From Chrysomallon squamiferum (lineage: Eukaryota > Animalia > Mollusca), in NCBI GenBank assembly GCA_012295275.1, contig CM022667.1:4898001-4962000 (forward strand): a stretch of DNA of 64,000 nucleotides, given 5' to 3'. The translations under genes were made by a program, and so were the position numbers. Numbering within the stretch: the stretch's first letter is position 1; each line of letters opens with the position of its first letter. Positions 29,559 through 55,107 of the stretch are shown piece by piece. The notes under the pieces are model-generated. The model saw only the letters and a list, made by a program, of their open reading frames with translations. It did no database searches and had not been told where the DNA came from.

Positions 29559-32500
29559 TTTTTATAATAAACAAACAAATAAATAAATAAAAATCATTCC
29601 ACAGTACATTTTTATAAGAAATAACGTTTCAGTTTTAAATATATAGATAGTAACGATTACGAGTTACATGGTAACCAATGTAAACAAAATCATGGAGAGT
29701 TTCAGTGTTTGTAAACGTGAACAACTTGAAGCGATTTTTTAAATATAAATACAAAACTAAACAAAAGCATTAAGTAATACTACTACTAATAATAATAAAT
29801 TCACGAAAAAAAAAACCCAACAAATTCTGCGAAATTGTATTTCGGAAAAACCTATTTTCTATTTATTACCGATGTTTCTAATAATAGCAAGTAGCTTTGA
29901 GAATACGCGAAATTTGATTGGTCGATTCAGCAGGTACTCTTGCTTTCTGTCCAATCACGAACGACATATTTAAGGTCGCCATCAAACGCGGCAAAAGATT
30001 GCGAATATCAATAAAACGGCAAAAAAACTGAATGTGCTGTGTTATAAATTATACGCTCCTGTTTAAAACTGACAGTTTTGCAGACGTTTCTGAAATCAGA
30101 TACAATCAGACAAGTGAACTGTGATTATTTCCTAATCGCTATTCGCGCCAAATATGATAATGCCGGACTAGGCTAAAACAGGGAACAAAAGAACAGCTCA
30201 AAGGCTCACAAAAAAAAAAAAAAAAAAAATATATATATCGTGCACTTTGTACACGTGAAATTGACCTAATTTCTTTCACCAAGGCAAAAGTGTAAACAGC
30301 AAAAAATAATACCGACAGTTATTAATGAAATCAATAGCTTTACTGACAAGGTTTACTTCAGTTTTTAGTTTATTTTAATTATAAAATTACAATAATTATA
30401 ACTTTTTGACTTTGTTATTTCTCTAAACAAAATTATTTTTTTTTTCAGTAAGTTAAAAAATATATATATTAAAAAATAAATACATTCAGCTGAATAACCT
30501 TTAATCTTTAAATCTGTTGAGTATTTAGAATAAAAAAAAATAAACAAAACACCAACAAAATAATTATTGCATTTATTTATTTACAAAATAATTTACAAAC
30601 ACTTTCTTTTTTTTAAAATAATTATACATTTTGAAAGCCTATGACTCTATGGCTAAACATATTTTTTTTTATTATCATTGTTGCTTCTTCTTCTTTATAA
30701 TGAAACTTTTCCCCAATTTGCTGAAATATTTGACTGGTCTATGTTACTGTATTAGGGCTACAAAAGCTGAACTGGATTGTAGAAAACCTGAATTTGCTAG
30801 ATCAGAGAGAGACATTGGGGATATAGTCCCCTTGAAATTTTAAATGTAGATACTGGAGAAAAAAAAAACCAACCCAATTTCAATGACTTCTGAACATTAC
30901 GAATAATATTTGACTGTGTTAAATGTGTTGCCATTTTATATTCATGAATTAAGAATGAGGTAAACAAAAAAATTAAGGTTTATTTATCAATGACTGTTTA
31001 CATATCATAGCAGTTTTTGGACAGGACTATTAATTAAATATAGTTGTACATAAATTTAATATTAATCTGTAATGAGAAAACTGATTTGGAGAAGCTGTGT
31101 TTTCCAATAAAAACAGCACAATAAAAGTGAAGAGATAAAATTATTTGGATATCGTTCTTGACTGGTCAAATTACTGGGCAGTGGTCAGCACCCTGTCACT
31201 CCAGTTGCTATGGTCAATGTCCATCCATCCATCCATCTATTCTTTCAGTATTCAGTGATAAATAAGGAAACAAATGTCTGTCTATTCTTATTTTTAGTGT
31301 AGGCCAAGTGGAAATTCATCTCAACTATCTGATATTGAAGACGGTTTTATGAAACACAGTAATCACAGGACATGTATATATAAATTATGTGTGTTTGAAT
31401 AATGCTTATCTTGTGTATTATATGGGAAATTGAAAAAAAATTAAAAACCCACTGAAAACAAATTTCTGACAAAAGAAAGAAAAAGGAAAAAATACCAAAA
31501 TACAAAACAAAATGAGAACCTCACAATTTTAGATACAGAGATTGAAAAAAAAAAAAATCTTAGCTTTCTAATTATTTTTAAAATATACCATGATGTGTGT
31601 GTGTGTGTGTAACAATCATTAAAACAATGCTGAAGTTTGTATTATCTAAATACACCAATTTAGGAACAGACTGCAACATTTAGCACAGTCTTGAGAAATG
31701 ACTGACCTAGGAAAATTGATATCTGACTGAGCTCTCACTGGCCGTTTCCAAGGAAATGAATATGCATGATATGCAAATCAGACGAACCTGCAGACTTGTC
31801 TCCGACACAGAACCTAACTCTTCTCGACCAGCCGGTTTTCTTGTTCTTCTGTAGCATCTTGTTAAAATCTACAACAAGCCTGACACCATCACCAGCATCA
31901 AGTTCACACTGCAACACAAAAAACAAATTAACAGCTACTCACAATACACATACACAATAATACAGACACAATATTGTTTCAGATTTACAGAACAAATTTA
32001 CAACACAAACTGGATAAGAAATACCTTATGGCAGCCACATTTATTATTTCTGTATATTATTAATAGGAGTGGTGAGGTTTGATCACACAACCAATCACGT
32101 ATCAATCATATCATAAAGCTAACGCATTGTGGAATGTTGCTGTAAAAAGTAATTTCTGGCACTTTTCTTCATCTTCAGGCCTATTCCAATATTAGCCTTA
32201 GCAAGAGGATTAATGACAGCAATTTTGACTAAATTATCTGTTTATTTTTTATTGTTATTATTTTTTTTTAATCATGATCACATTTACAGCGTTGTAAGAA
32301 AAGAACAAAAACAAACAACAACATTCATAAAAATAATGATAATAATAAATACGTATATTTAAAAACAACAACAACAAAACCAAACATACATTTTTCTTTC
32401 CGTCATTGTAAGCCTCAGTAATTGCTTGGTTTTGTTTCTCTGTGTACTGCGTCCATTTTCCTCCGTCCCCCTCCCACTCCCATCGGTGATGTGAACTGAC

Positions 32501-32907
32501 GACGTTGTTGTCCGATGTCGATGCACACGACTTCTTTTTCGGAGGCTTTTCATCAGCATCACTTGAACTACGACGCTTTGCTACATTAACCCAAATAAAA
32601 TTTAAATTTAAATTTAACAATTACTTCTCAGTTGATTAAAAATGTATAAACCGTTAAATACAATTACTCCGCTCGTGTGTATGTATGTACGTGGAGAATT
32701 AATAATTAATTATGATTAATTAGTAATAATTATCATTATAATGTTATTTATATTTTATTTTAATAGTTTCACTTTCAGAAGTTATCTCATTATCTGCCGA
32801 TTCAGTTAATTTCAGTCTAAAAGGAGATGCAGTTCATTATTGTTTTTTTGTAATAACATCTAATTTTTAATAATATGTGTTACTGTACCTCGTGTACTTC
32901 TACCCAT
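22554..32907 (-). CDS. PARP2: Poly(ADP-ribose) polymerase, PARP2-type: WWE-WWE-WGR-regulatory-catalytic
   Basis: ~18 exons (approx.): 32907-32889, 32580-32390, 31908-31788, 29386-29174, 28522-28331, 28137-28022, 27861-27688, 27410-27308, 26634-26548, 26215-26131, 25940-25803, 25337-25271, 25006-24875, 24570-24451, 24070-23970, 23747-23649, 23348-23224, 22701-22554. WWE1 [16 protein letters not shown]2 [13 protein letters not shown]; [10 protein letters not shown]...[20 protein letters not shown]...WGRVG (WGR); KKMPLGKL...[12 protein letters not shown]; catalytic [10 protein letters not shown]...[12 protein letters not shown]...YNEYIVYD with the H-Y-E triad intact; stop TAA at 22556-22554. Confidence 0.93.
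26990..27310 (-). repeat. Intronic tandem repeat (~70-85 bp, about 4 copies) starting at a PARP splice donor
   Basis: tttttactctatttttcta...gtcgtaacacttgatataaaattatgaaatatttaaaaattta repeated; on the - strand each unit begins GA|GTAAAAA like the real donor at ~27307. Confidence 0.8.
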
Positions 32908-33179
32908 GCTAGCTGGCTGAGAATTAAAATACTGATACGAGTGTTTACAGTTTTTATCGGCTATATTTCACAAGTTGCAACATGTGTTTTTGTGTGTTCT
33001 TAATTCAAAAATATAATTGTTCCAATGAAACGAAATAAATAAAACAAAATAAAAATATCTTGCCTTCCGACGAAAACTTTTCACATGATAAACAAGTATA
33101 TTTTAGGTTTTAATAATTCAGTCATTTTTTTAAATAAATAGTTTATGTTAATAGAATGCATAATGTAATTAACCTAACA

Positions 33180-33340
33180 ACACATACCGCAACACAATTG
33201 CGTTTACAATTTATGATTTGTCATCAATTTTGCCGCCAAACAAGACGAAAACAACGTGACGTATTTATCACGTGATTTCACTACGACCTAGTTATTTTTG
33301 TGTTGTGCTGGAGGGGTGTGTGTGTAACGGCAGGTACTGT
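33180..33340. promoter_or_regulatory. Putative PARP2 promoter region, possibly bidirectional
   Basis: ~300-400 bp upstream of the PARP ATG; CpG cluster with TGACGT (CRE-like, ~33257) and palindromic E-box TCACGTGA (~33268), followed on + by a donor-like CAG|GTACTG at ~33333. Confidence 0.4.
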
Positions 33341-34202
33341 ATGTTTTTAAATATTACACATTTTACAGCTTCTAAAACTGCTATTGCAGGAATTTTAGAT
33401 GTTAGCATAGTGTAAGGAATTTATCTGGTTATTTAAAATACAATGTCACTATTTGACCCCTGGCAGATGTAACATTTATTTAGGCTACGTAGCTGTCACA
33501 CTGTGACACTCAGTCTGCAAAGTAAGATAATGATAATCGCACAGAACAACTTAACTCTTTGCACGCAGTGACCAGCTCCGGTCAAAGTTGAAAACCGAGC
33601 TGACCATGGTCTTTTGTAATGTCTTACTAATAGTTATGTAACAGAATTTGCGTGTGCACAGTCGAAAAAAGTTTTAGTCTACACACTGTCACACATCACT
33701 GATCATTTTGCTAGGTGACATACTACTCAACTGTATCATGTATGTTTAATTATTGCTAATGTTAAAATTCGTACACACAAACGTGCATGCGTCGTATCAA
33801 AACATTAAAAAAATAGATACATGAAATATTCATGAATTTAAAATATATTATATATATATATTGCAAATGCATTTCTTTATTAATGAACATATGATTGAAA
33901 AATTAAATAGAATTTAAAATTAATTAGGATTATATAAATTATAAGGGAAACTCAGAAACAGATCAAGGAGAGAACAAGTTACTAAACAGGCCTGTGTGTT
34001 TTGCTGATAATGTTTATTTTTTTTTCAGAATGAAACTCATTTCACCCTAAATGACTTTTTATTTGTTGCAGTGTTACATACTATTTTTAATATTTAATTA
34101 TTTTTTCATATTATTGCTGTTAGATATAAAGTAATATTTTTTATGATGGGTGTGTTAATAATGACATACAATTGTTTTTACAACTGATTTTTGTTTGTAC
34201 TT

Positions 34203-34243
<41 letters not shown>

Positions 34244-34491
34244 TATAAAGGATAAATTTGTAAGAATAAAGTTAAAACATCAACGCAAATAATAATAAAA
34301 TCGTAAACAGTATTTGAATTTTGATGTAACAGTATATTAAGAGGGATAATATATATATTAAAAAAAAAAAAAAATATATAAATTAATTTAAAGTTTAAAA
34401 TAGGGAACTTTTAATATGTCAGTGATATTAGAATTTCAAAGTTGAAATTATTTTTAAGTTCAGATTTTAAACCAGTATTTAATGATTAGGT

Positions 34492-34560
<69 letters not shown>

Positions 34561-35331
34561 GTGTGTGTGGTTTATATATCAGACTATTTGTGTTGTGTTT
34601 GTGGTGTTCTGTGTGTGTCAAACAAAACAGCGACGACTGACATGTTGTTATACAGGTGTCATCACCTGAAACTGTCACACAATGTTTTTACATATTTATA
34701 TTTTAAAATAAGTAACAACTAACATAGACACACAAAAACACACATATAGATAGATAGATAGATAGATACATACATACATACATATATACATAAAAAAATA
34801 CATTATATATATATATTATAAACAATAAGCAGTTAAACAATGTTTATATGTTTATACATGTAGACAGTTATATTTAATAACAATATATATATACGTAGAT
34901 AGATACAGATATATATATATATATATATATACAGCATCAATATGCAGTTAAATATTTGACAAAGTAAATAACATCTGTCTCAATCTTTTCATTGGATTGT
35001 ATTCCTTCATCTTTCCTTTTCTTTTTTGTTTTTGCTTTTTCCCTTCTTTTGCCAATGTTTTTCATTTTCTGTGTCATATATGCAATACTGTTACCATATT
35101 TTTATTGATTAATTTATGAATATTCCCAAATAAAAAACAATGATTGTTATTAATATTTTTTTGTAATTATAAGTTGATCAGATTTTTTGATTTTTTTTTA
35201 ATTGTGAAAAATATAATAAAACAAAATGTATGTTAATAATAATGGGAGTCATTTGTATAACACAAAAAAAATATATAATAATGAAAATAAAATAAAAAAG
35301 AAAGAAAAGTCAAAATAAATTAAAAATGTAA

Positions 35332-35398
<67 letters not shown>

Positions 35399-35659
35399 GA
35401 TACAAAGGACTGTAAATACATTTTATAACAATGTACTTCACATTACATTTGATACATAAAAAAATACAAACATTATTACAATGTTCCCAATCTTCTTTAA
35501 TACATTGTTCTTTTTATACATAACCTTTGAACTTAGTTTTTCTTTATTTCATTTTATTGCTTTTATTCTGTTCAATTTATGCTTTTATCAGTTTCTCTCT
35601 TCCTTTGTTCCTTTGTTCCTTTTTTCTTTTCTTTTTTTCTCTCTCCTTTGAGTCTGACA

Positions 35660-35720
<61 letters not shown>

Positions 35721-36169
35721 TTTTTTGATCAGTCGAGGGATTAGATATTCACCAGATGAGCTTGGATAAACTTGTACACTTGGGCATTGTTCTGCCATTT
35801 TCAGTCGAGTTCTGTCTGGTTGACAGCCTCACACACTCTTTAACACTCTTTGATCTAGGTTACAATGGCTCGGTTCCCTTGTGTGTGCAGTTCAAAGAGC
35901 TCTCTATATTGTCATAGTTTTTTTAGCCCTCGTCTTTCTTTCCTTTTGTATCTTTTAAAAAAAAAAAAAAAAAAAAAAAAGGTTTTTACTGCTATGGGTA
36001 ATGTAATGCCCTCACAGGGCCTCATTTTTTTTTTTTTCCTTACCTAGACAGGTATTGGGTTGGTTGTCTGCTGTTTGTTTACCTAGTAAAAGGTAGACGT
36101 AGGTAACAGGCTGTCTGAGCCATGGGTAATGTAGGTAAATACTTGTTTATCACACAAATACACTGAGGT

Positions 36170-37840
36170 GTAGGTAATGTTGTTAGTACAGGTAGAGATT
36201 CAAGTATTGTTAATACAGGTAGATTGAAGTGTTGTTAATACAGGTAGATTGAAGTGTTGTTAATACAGGTAGAATGAAGTGTTGTTAATACAGGTAGATT
36301 GAAGTGTTTTTAATACAGGTAGATTGAAGTGTTGTTAATACAGGTAGATTGAAGTGTTGTTAATAGAGGTAGAATGAAGTGTTGTTAATACAGGTAGATT
36401 GAAGTGTTGTTAATACAGGTAGAATGAAGTGTTGTTAATACAGGTAGATTGAAGTGTTGTTAATAGAGGTAGAATGAAGTGTTAATACAGGTAGATTGAA
36501 GTGTTGTTAATAGAGGTAGAATGAAGTGTTGTTAATACAGGTAGATTGAAGTGTTGTTAATACAGGTAGAATGAAGTGTTAATACAGGTAGATTGAAGTG
36601 TTGTTAATACAGGTAGATTGAAGTGTTGTTAATAGAGGTAGAATGAAGTGTTGTTAATACAGGTAGAATGAAGTGTTTTTTAATACAGGTAGATTGAAGT
36701 GTTGTTAATACAGGTAGAATGAAGTGTTGTTAATACAGGTAGAATGAAGTGTTGTTAATACAGGTAGATTGAAGAGTTGGTAACACAGGTAGACTGAAGA
36801 GTTGTTAATACAGGTAAAATGAAGTGTTGTTAATACAGGTGGACTGAAATGTTGTTAATACAGGTAGACTGAAGTGTTTTTGATACAGGTAAAATGAAGT
36901 GTTGTTAATACAGGTAGATTGAAGTGTTGTTAATACAGGTAGAATGAAGTGTTAATACAGGTAGATTGAAGTGTTGTTAATACAGGTAGATTGAAGTGTT
37001 GTTAATACAGGTAGATTGAAGTGTTGTTAATAGAGGTAGAATGAAGTGTTGTTAATACAGGTAGAATGAAGTGTTTTTTAATACAGGTAGAATGAAGTGT
37101 TGTTAATACAGGTAGATTGAAGTGTTGTTAATACAGGTAGAATGAAGTGTTAATACAGGTAGATTGAAGTGTTGTTAATACAGGTAGATTGAAGTGTTGT
37201 TAATACAGGTAGAATGAAGTGTTTTTTAATACAGGTAGAATGAAGTGTTGTTAATACAGGTAGATTGAAGTGTTGTTAATACAGGTAGAATGAAGTGTTG
37301 TTAATACAGGTAGATTGAAGAGTTGGTAACACAGGTAGACTGAAGAGTTGTTAATACAGGTAAAATGAAGTGTTGTTAATACAGGTGGACTGAAATGTTG
37401 TTAATACAGGTAGACTGAAGTGTTTTTAATACAGGTAAAATGAAGTGTTGTTAATACAGGTGGACTGAAATGTTGTTAATACAGGTAGATTGAAGTGTTG
37501 TTAATACAGGTAGACTGAAATGTTGGTAATACAGGTAGATTGAAGTGTTGTTAATACAGGTAGATTGAAGTGTTCTTAATACAGGTAGACTGAAATGTTG
37601 TTAATACAGGTAGAATGAAGTGTTGTTAATACAGGTAGACTGAAGTGTTGTTATTACAGGTAAATTGAAGTGTTGTTAATACAGGTAGATTGAAGTGTTT
37701 TTAATACAGGTATAAAATAAAATGTTGGTAATACAGGTAGATTGAAGTTTTGTTAATACAGGTAGATTGAAGTTTTGTTAATACAGGTAGATTGAAGTTT
37801 TGTTAATACAGATAGATTGAAGTTTTGTTAATACAGGTAT
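36170..37840 (+). repeat. 25-bp tandem satellite (aatacaggtagattgaagtgttgtt), roughly 65 copies
   Basis: Direct reading; 21-25 bp variants, no spacers; degenerate ACAGGT/AGGTA-rich flanks extend to ~36040 and ~38330. Confidence 0.97.
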
Positions 37841-38513
37841 AGATAAGCTTAAGAAGCAGAGATAATGAACTGATTGTAAGACATCGACACTGGCAATATA
37901 GATTAAACAAGCAGACATAGATACAGGTAGATTTAGTTGCACACACACTGAAGTAAGAAAAGAAGCAGGTTTATATATAGAATAACACATTTATTAAATA
38001 TAGGTTTAATGCAGAAAATATGATGCATTGGATATCACACTGCCTGAAACAGAGTGCATTAGATACAGGTTAAAAAGAAGTAATCTGGAATATAGATTGT
38101 ATATGGACAGCATTATATATGTAACAGAGATATTCAGAGGTATTGGTAACAGGTATAAACAGGTATAGATAACAGGTAAACTATTGTTTAGCTAGTACAG
38201 GTAAGCTATTGTAGAGGTTAAAGACAGGTAAATTTTCAGTGTATCAGGTGTTTGGGTATATGACAATAATGGTTTTGTTGTAGATGATAATGTAACAGCA
38301 CTGACTGAAATAGTGCAATACACCTGTAGGTGTGTGTGTGTGTGTGTGTGTGGTTGTACAGTAATAAATATGACTAGTAATACAAGTGTACTTAATAATG
38401 TTAATGTGTTTTGTAAGCCTATAGAAATATATATGTGTGTTTCTCTCTCGCTCTCTTTATATATATATGAGTATGTGTTTGTGTGCATATATGTCTGTGT
38501 GTGTGTATGTCTG

Positions 38514-38544
<31 letters not shown>

Positions 38545-41500
38545 TAAGTAAAATTGTGTGTGTGTGTGTGTGTGTGATTTAATTTTTTGGTCATTTATCT
38601 TAAATAATCTGTTTCTTTGGTTTTCATCGATATATAATTTATATTTTTAATTTAATTACTTTTTTTTTTGTTTTTATTTATTTATTTATTTATTTTTGTT
38701 GTGTTTTTTCAGGAACACACCATGAGGAAAGTCGAGACAGATCTTGTCTGACGCAGTGAACGTTCTCTCACCTAAACACTTGTTCATCGCTGACTTCCCA
38801 TGTTGTAGCTGTTCTTGTGGTTACAGACAGTGCAGCAATGACTGCATCATCAGCATCGTTGTTTTATGTGATTAAACGAACCTATGTGACAGGAAAGAGA
38901 GAATTTAATAGGATATTGACCTCGGAAACTGCAAATAAAAAGAAAAGTTGAATTGTGAAAGCTGCAAGGATTATCCTCTTCATGAGGTCACAGGTCGTAA
39001 ACAGTGAATGTTGGAGATAAAAACTGAATAAAATATCGGAGCACTTCTTTCACTTTGCATAAGACATCATTAAAAGACATTCCTCGCGTGGTTGTTGCTG
39101 TGTGTGATGTTTTTACCACCCTGACAACAACAGTGATGAAGTCGTATTGTGTGATTTTGCAGTTTAAGTTAAAATGAGCTCTGGAATACACAGAAATATC
39201 ACTCTTGTGTAGTCACGGTTGATCTGATTGTGCTGTTTTTAATTCTTTTCTGTCCATCACATCTTATTTACTTATTTATTTATTTTTATTTATTTTATTT
39301 TATTTTATTTTATTTTATGTCCAGGGCATTAATAAATATCAGAAAATTCAACAAAAATGTAAATAATTTAAAACAAAATATAAAAAGATAGGAAACTAGG
39401 AAAGTTTAATAATAACAAAGAAAGAATTGACAGGGAAAAGATTTAAAAAGAGAAATAAAATAAATTAGTGTGATACAGGTAAAGTGACAGGTGTTTCAAA
39501 ACAGGAGACATGTGGCAGTCTGGTTTCCATGGAGATAATTAATGCAGATGGAATCAAATGATATAATGAAACCAGATATTTAAAATTTCAATCAGGAAAT
39601 TGAAATATTAAATTTTTTTTTTTTTTAACTTTCTTCTTTACCTTGTTGTTTTTCTATTTTTTTTTTTGTTACCTGTTTGTGTATTGTGGCAGCAGAATTT
39701 CAGGTAATAGGTAAACATTCCAAATTTAGAAAATCCCAATTATTTTTACCTTTACACGGATATTGATATTTTGAATTAATTGTTTTGTTGTAATTGGAAA
39801 ATTGATAAAATCTGTGATAGAACTGTATTTTTAGAAATCCAGGGATTAAATTAAAATAATTTTTGTTTCATTTCTTGATTATATTCCCAGTGGCTATGTG
39901 ATTGAATAACATATCCTATATCTGTGTTTTACTTAACTAACTAAAAAAAATAGTATGTAATATTAGTATTTATTTACTGGTCTGTTATAATACTCATACA
40001 CATCTGTGATTGGTCAGTTTGAAAGAAGTCCATTATTTGTCTCATTTATTATTTTAAAAATATTTGTGACATTTTTTTTTTTTTTTTTTTTTTCCATATT
40101 TAAATAAATTTGAAAATTAAGAAAGAAAAAAAAAAAAAAAATAGATTTTAATAAATTCATGCATAATATAAATACTTATATTTAGGTTAAAAAAACAACT
40201 GTACATATTATTTTTATACTAATAAGAAAATAATCAATACATAATTATATTTTATATTTTGAACACACGTTACTGAATGAACGTTTGCAAAGAATATCTT
40301 TAACTAAACAAAAATTTGTTAATTATAATATTTATTTAAATAAACAAAAATGTAAGTCTGAAATTTTAATTTCAGGAACCTCTGTACCTCATTACTGTTA
40401 CACTAAAATATAAAATTATATTTAAAATTAATAAGAGTAATAATAAGTTTATAGTATCACAGCTAAGTACATATCATAAATATTACATATAAACAGTGTA
40501 ATAATATAATATTTTTCAAGGTTGTGACATAACACTGAATTAAAATTAAATATTAATTACATTGCTGTATGTATTGTACATAATTACTGTACATCTGTTT
40601 AAACAGATGTGTCTGTTTTGAACAGTAGTAATACTCAGTTTGATTGTGTAATCCGATTATTTTAATACTGAAGTCTGGTTCCTTTGAAATGCTTCTACAA
40701 ATAAAATCAGATTTTTGTTTTAGTAGGCGACTAACAGGATGATCAATAGCTTATTGTTGGTTGATGATAATCTGAAGAATGATTAAACTGATCAATGATG
40801 TCAGTAGAACTTTGAATCACTGTTGAGTTTCACCTGAAATAACAACCGGCAATTTTCATTTTATATCTCTACAGGAGAAAATTCTGTTTTTTTGTGTGTG
40901 TGTTTTTAAAAAAAAAAAAAAAAAAAAATTAAGAAGATTTTTTTCTGAATGGAATATTTCATGTGATGAAACTGAATTTGTTTTTCTAAAATGTCTGAAA
41001 ATGAATGATCAACTAATAAAAACTGAAAATCTTCGTTGAGCTGAAACTGGGAATTCTTCATCTCTTTTTTTAAACGTGGATTTTTGTGTGTTTGAAAACT
41101 GGACCTTTTTGTTTTTGAGATTTGAATTTTTTTTTTTCACGTACCACTGGCAAGAAATGTGACTTTGTCTTTAATATTTTTTCCCTCCTCATATTCCAGT
41201 CTTATTTTTAAAAGTATTTATAATTAAATATATCATTTATTATTATTTAAATATTTGTTGAATTCAAGTTAAAGGAAATCCAAATATCTGAACTGAAACA
41301 GGCAGGAAACTTGTTATTACCATAACAAAACAGGCGATCGTTTCGTGAAGTCTTTTCAAACATAAACAAAACTGTTTGGTTTGGGTTACCTGATGAAACT
41401 GTTCAAAAAGACAACATGTCTGATATATTTTCTTTTTATTCGTAACTGGGAGTATCTGACAGACATTTGTGTGATACAAGGAGTAACACATCGGTGATAG

Positions 41501-41557
41501 TTTGAAAAGAGCTGGCACATTCAACGACGATGATTTTTCACTTCTGACAACAGAAAT

Positions 41558-53624
<12,067 letters not shown>

Positions 53625-54690
53625 TTGTAATTAATTAATTAAACTGCGGTTGATGTTATAAAGAAACAAAGAAAATGTTGTGAAGTGTTCAGAGTGAGGT
53701 GAATTGTTGATAGATTGAAATTTCTTAATGGGACACCCCCAACCCCCTCAGGGAGAGAAAAAAAATAAAAAAGATTTTTTGAGGGGAAACAGAAGTCATT
53801 TTTTTTTGTCTTTTTTTTTGAAAATGTTCAAAAACTGTTAATATTTATTGATGGAAATTGTGAACCAAAAATGATTTTTGAAAACCAGAATTTGATTTCT
53901 GTCCATGAAGAAAACAGACTTCACTGATAAATGTTGCTTGCACTGATCTTCCATGCTTACATTTTACAGGCTTTTTTTTTTTTAATTTAACAATATTGTT
54001 ATGTTGTTTTGGTGACCTTCTCATACCATATAGGCTATGATCCACATAAATATATATATTTATGTTTTGACTTATCTAGGGCTCACAGAATGAGCCACAC
54101 AGATAGGTTATCAGGGCAGATGTTCATGCAGAAACTGTTTATATATATATATATATGTGTGTCTGTTTGTCTGTTTGTCTGTCAGTCTGTGTGAGTACAA
54201 ACACATCTGTTTGTTTCTTCTAAATAATTAATTTAGGTCTGTTGTTTCAGGAATGAAGACAGCAGGTTTTAAATTCAGATTGTAAAGGAAAGGAAGTATT
54301 GTGATACTGCTTTGTGTGTTATTGAGTGAAAGCTGTGAAAATGAAATGAAAAATATTTTAAAAATTATTGAAATGGTTATCAAAAAAGAAGGAAATTTTA
54401 ACAGCTGGTGTGTTATGGCAAAATCTGTTCAGCAGCATTTGAATTTCAAAGAACAAATATATTTTTTTTTTTTTTATAAAACACCAAACAATGTAAGAAC
54501 AAAATAAATTATATTACTGCCCTATTTTCAAGATACATTATACATTTATATATCTTTTACAAAAACAAAGCTTTACTGCCAGGAACAAAATATTAAACAT
54601 TTATTAGAACAAGGTTGCTATGGTTACCAAATAATTTTTAAAAAAATGTATATTGATATTGACTCTTCATATACTTTATTTTGAATTTAA

Positions 54691-54738
<48 letters not shown>

Positions 54739-55065
54739 AAAAAAATTTTTTTTTTTTTACTAACATTGAAATCATATTAAATGTATTTAGGATTATTTAT
54801 GTTAATGGGTATTCATTTTTCTTTAAATGAAACTTTACCGTATTAATGAATATTCATTAATCTGGTAAAGTTTCAGTTAGACAAAATGCTTATCTGACTT
54901 TAGTCATAAAATTATTTATTATTATCAGGCAGTTAAAATGTAAAATATATATTTGTGTGTTGAATTATTCCATATGTGTGTATGGTGCTAATGATGTCTA
55001 CTTGTGATAATTTACATCAGCAATATTTTTTATTTTTTTTATTTATTTATTTATTTATTTAATTA

Positions 55066-55107
<42 letters not shown>

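Noticed and set aside
33550-33670. piggyBac-like MITE starting TTAACTCTTTGCAC
   Set aside because: No matching right terminal inverted repeat with TTAA could be found nearby.
35328-35398. (AAT)n(ATT)n palindrome able to form a cruciform
   Set aside because: Simple juxtaposition of two abundant microsatellites; no evidence of function.
36170-37840. Possible CRISPR array
   Set aside because: Head-to-tail 25-bp units with no unique spacers, no cas genes, and a eukaryotic context; it is a satellite.
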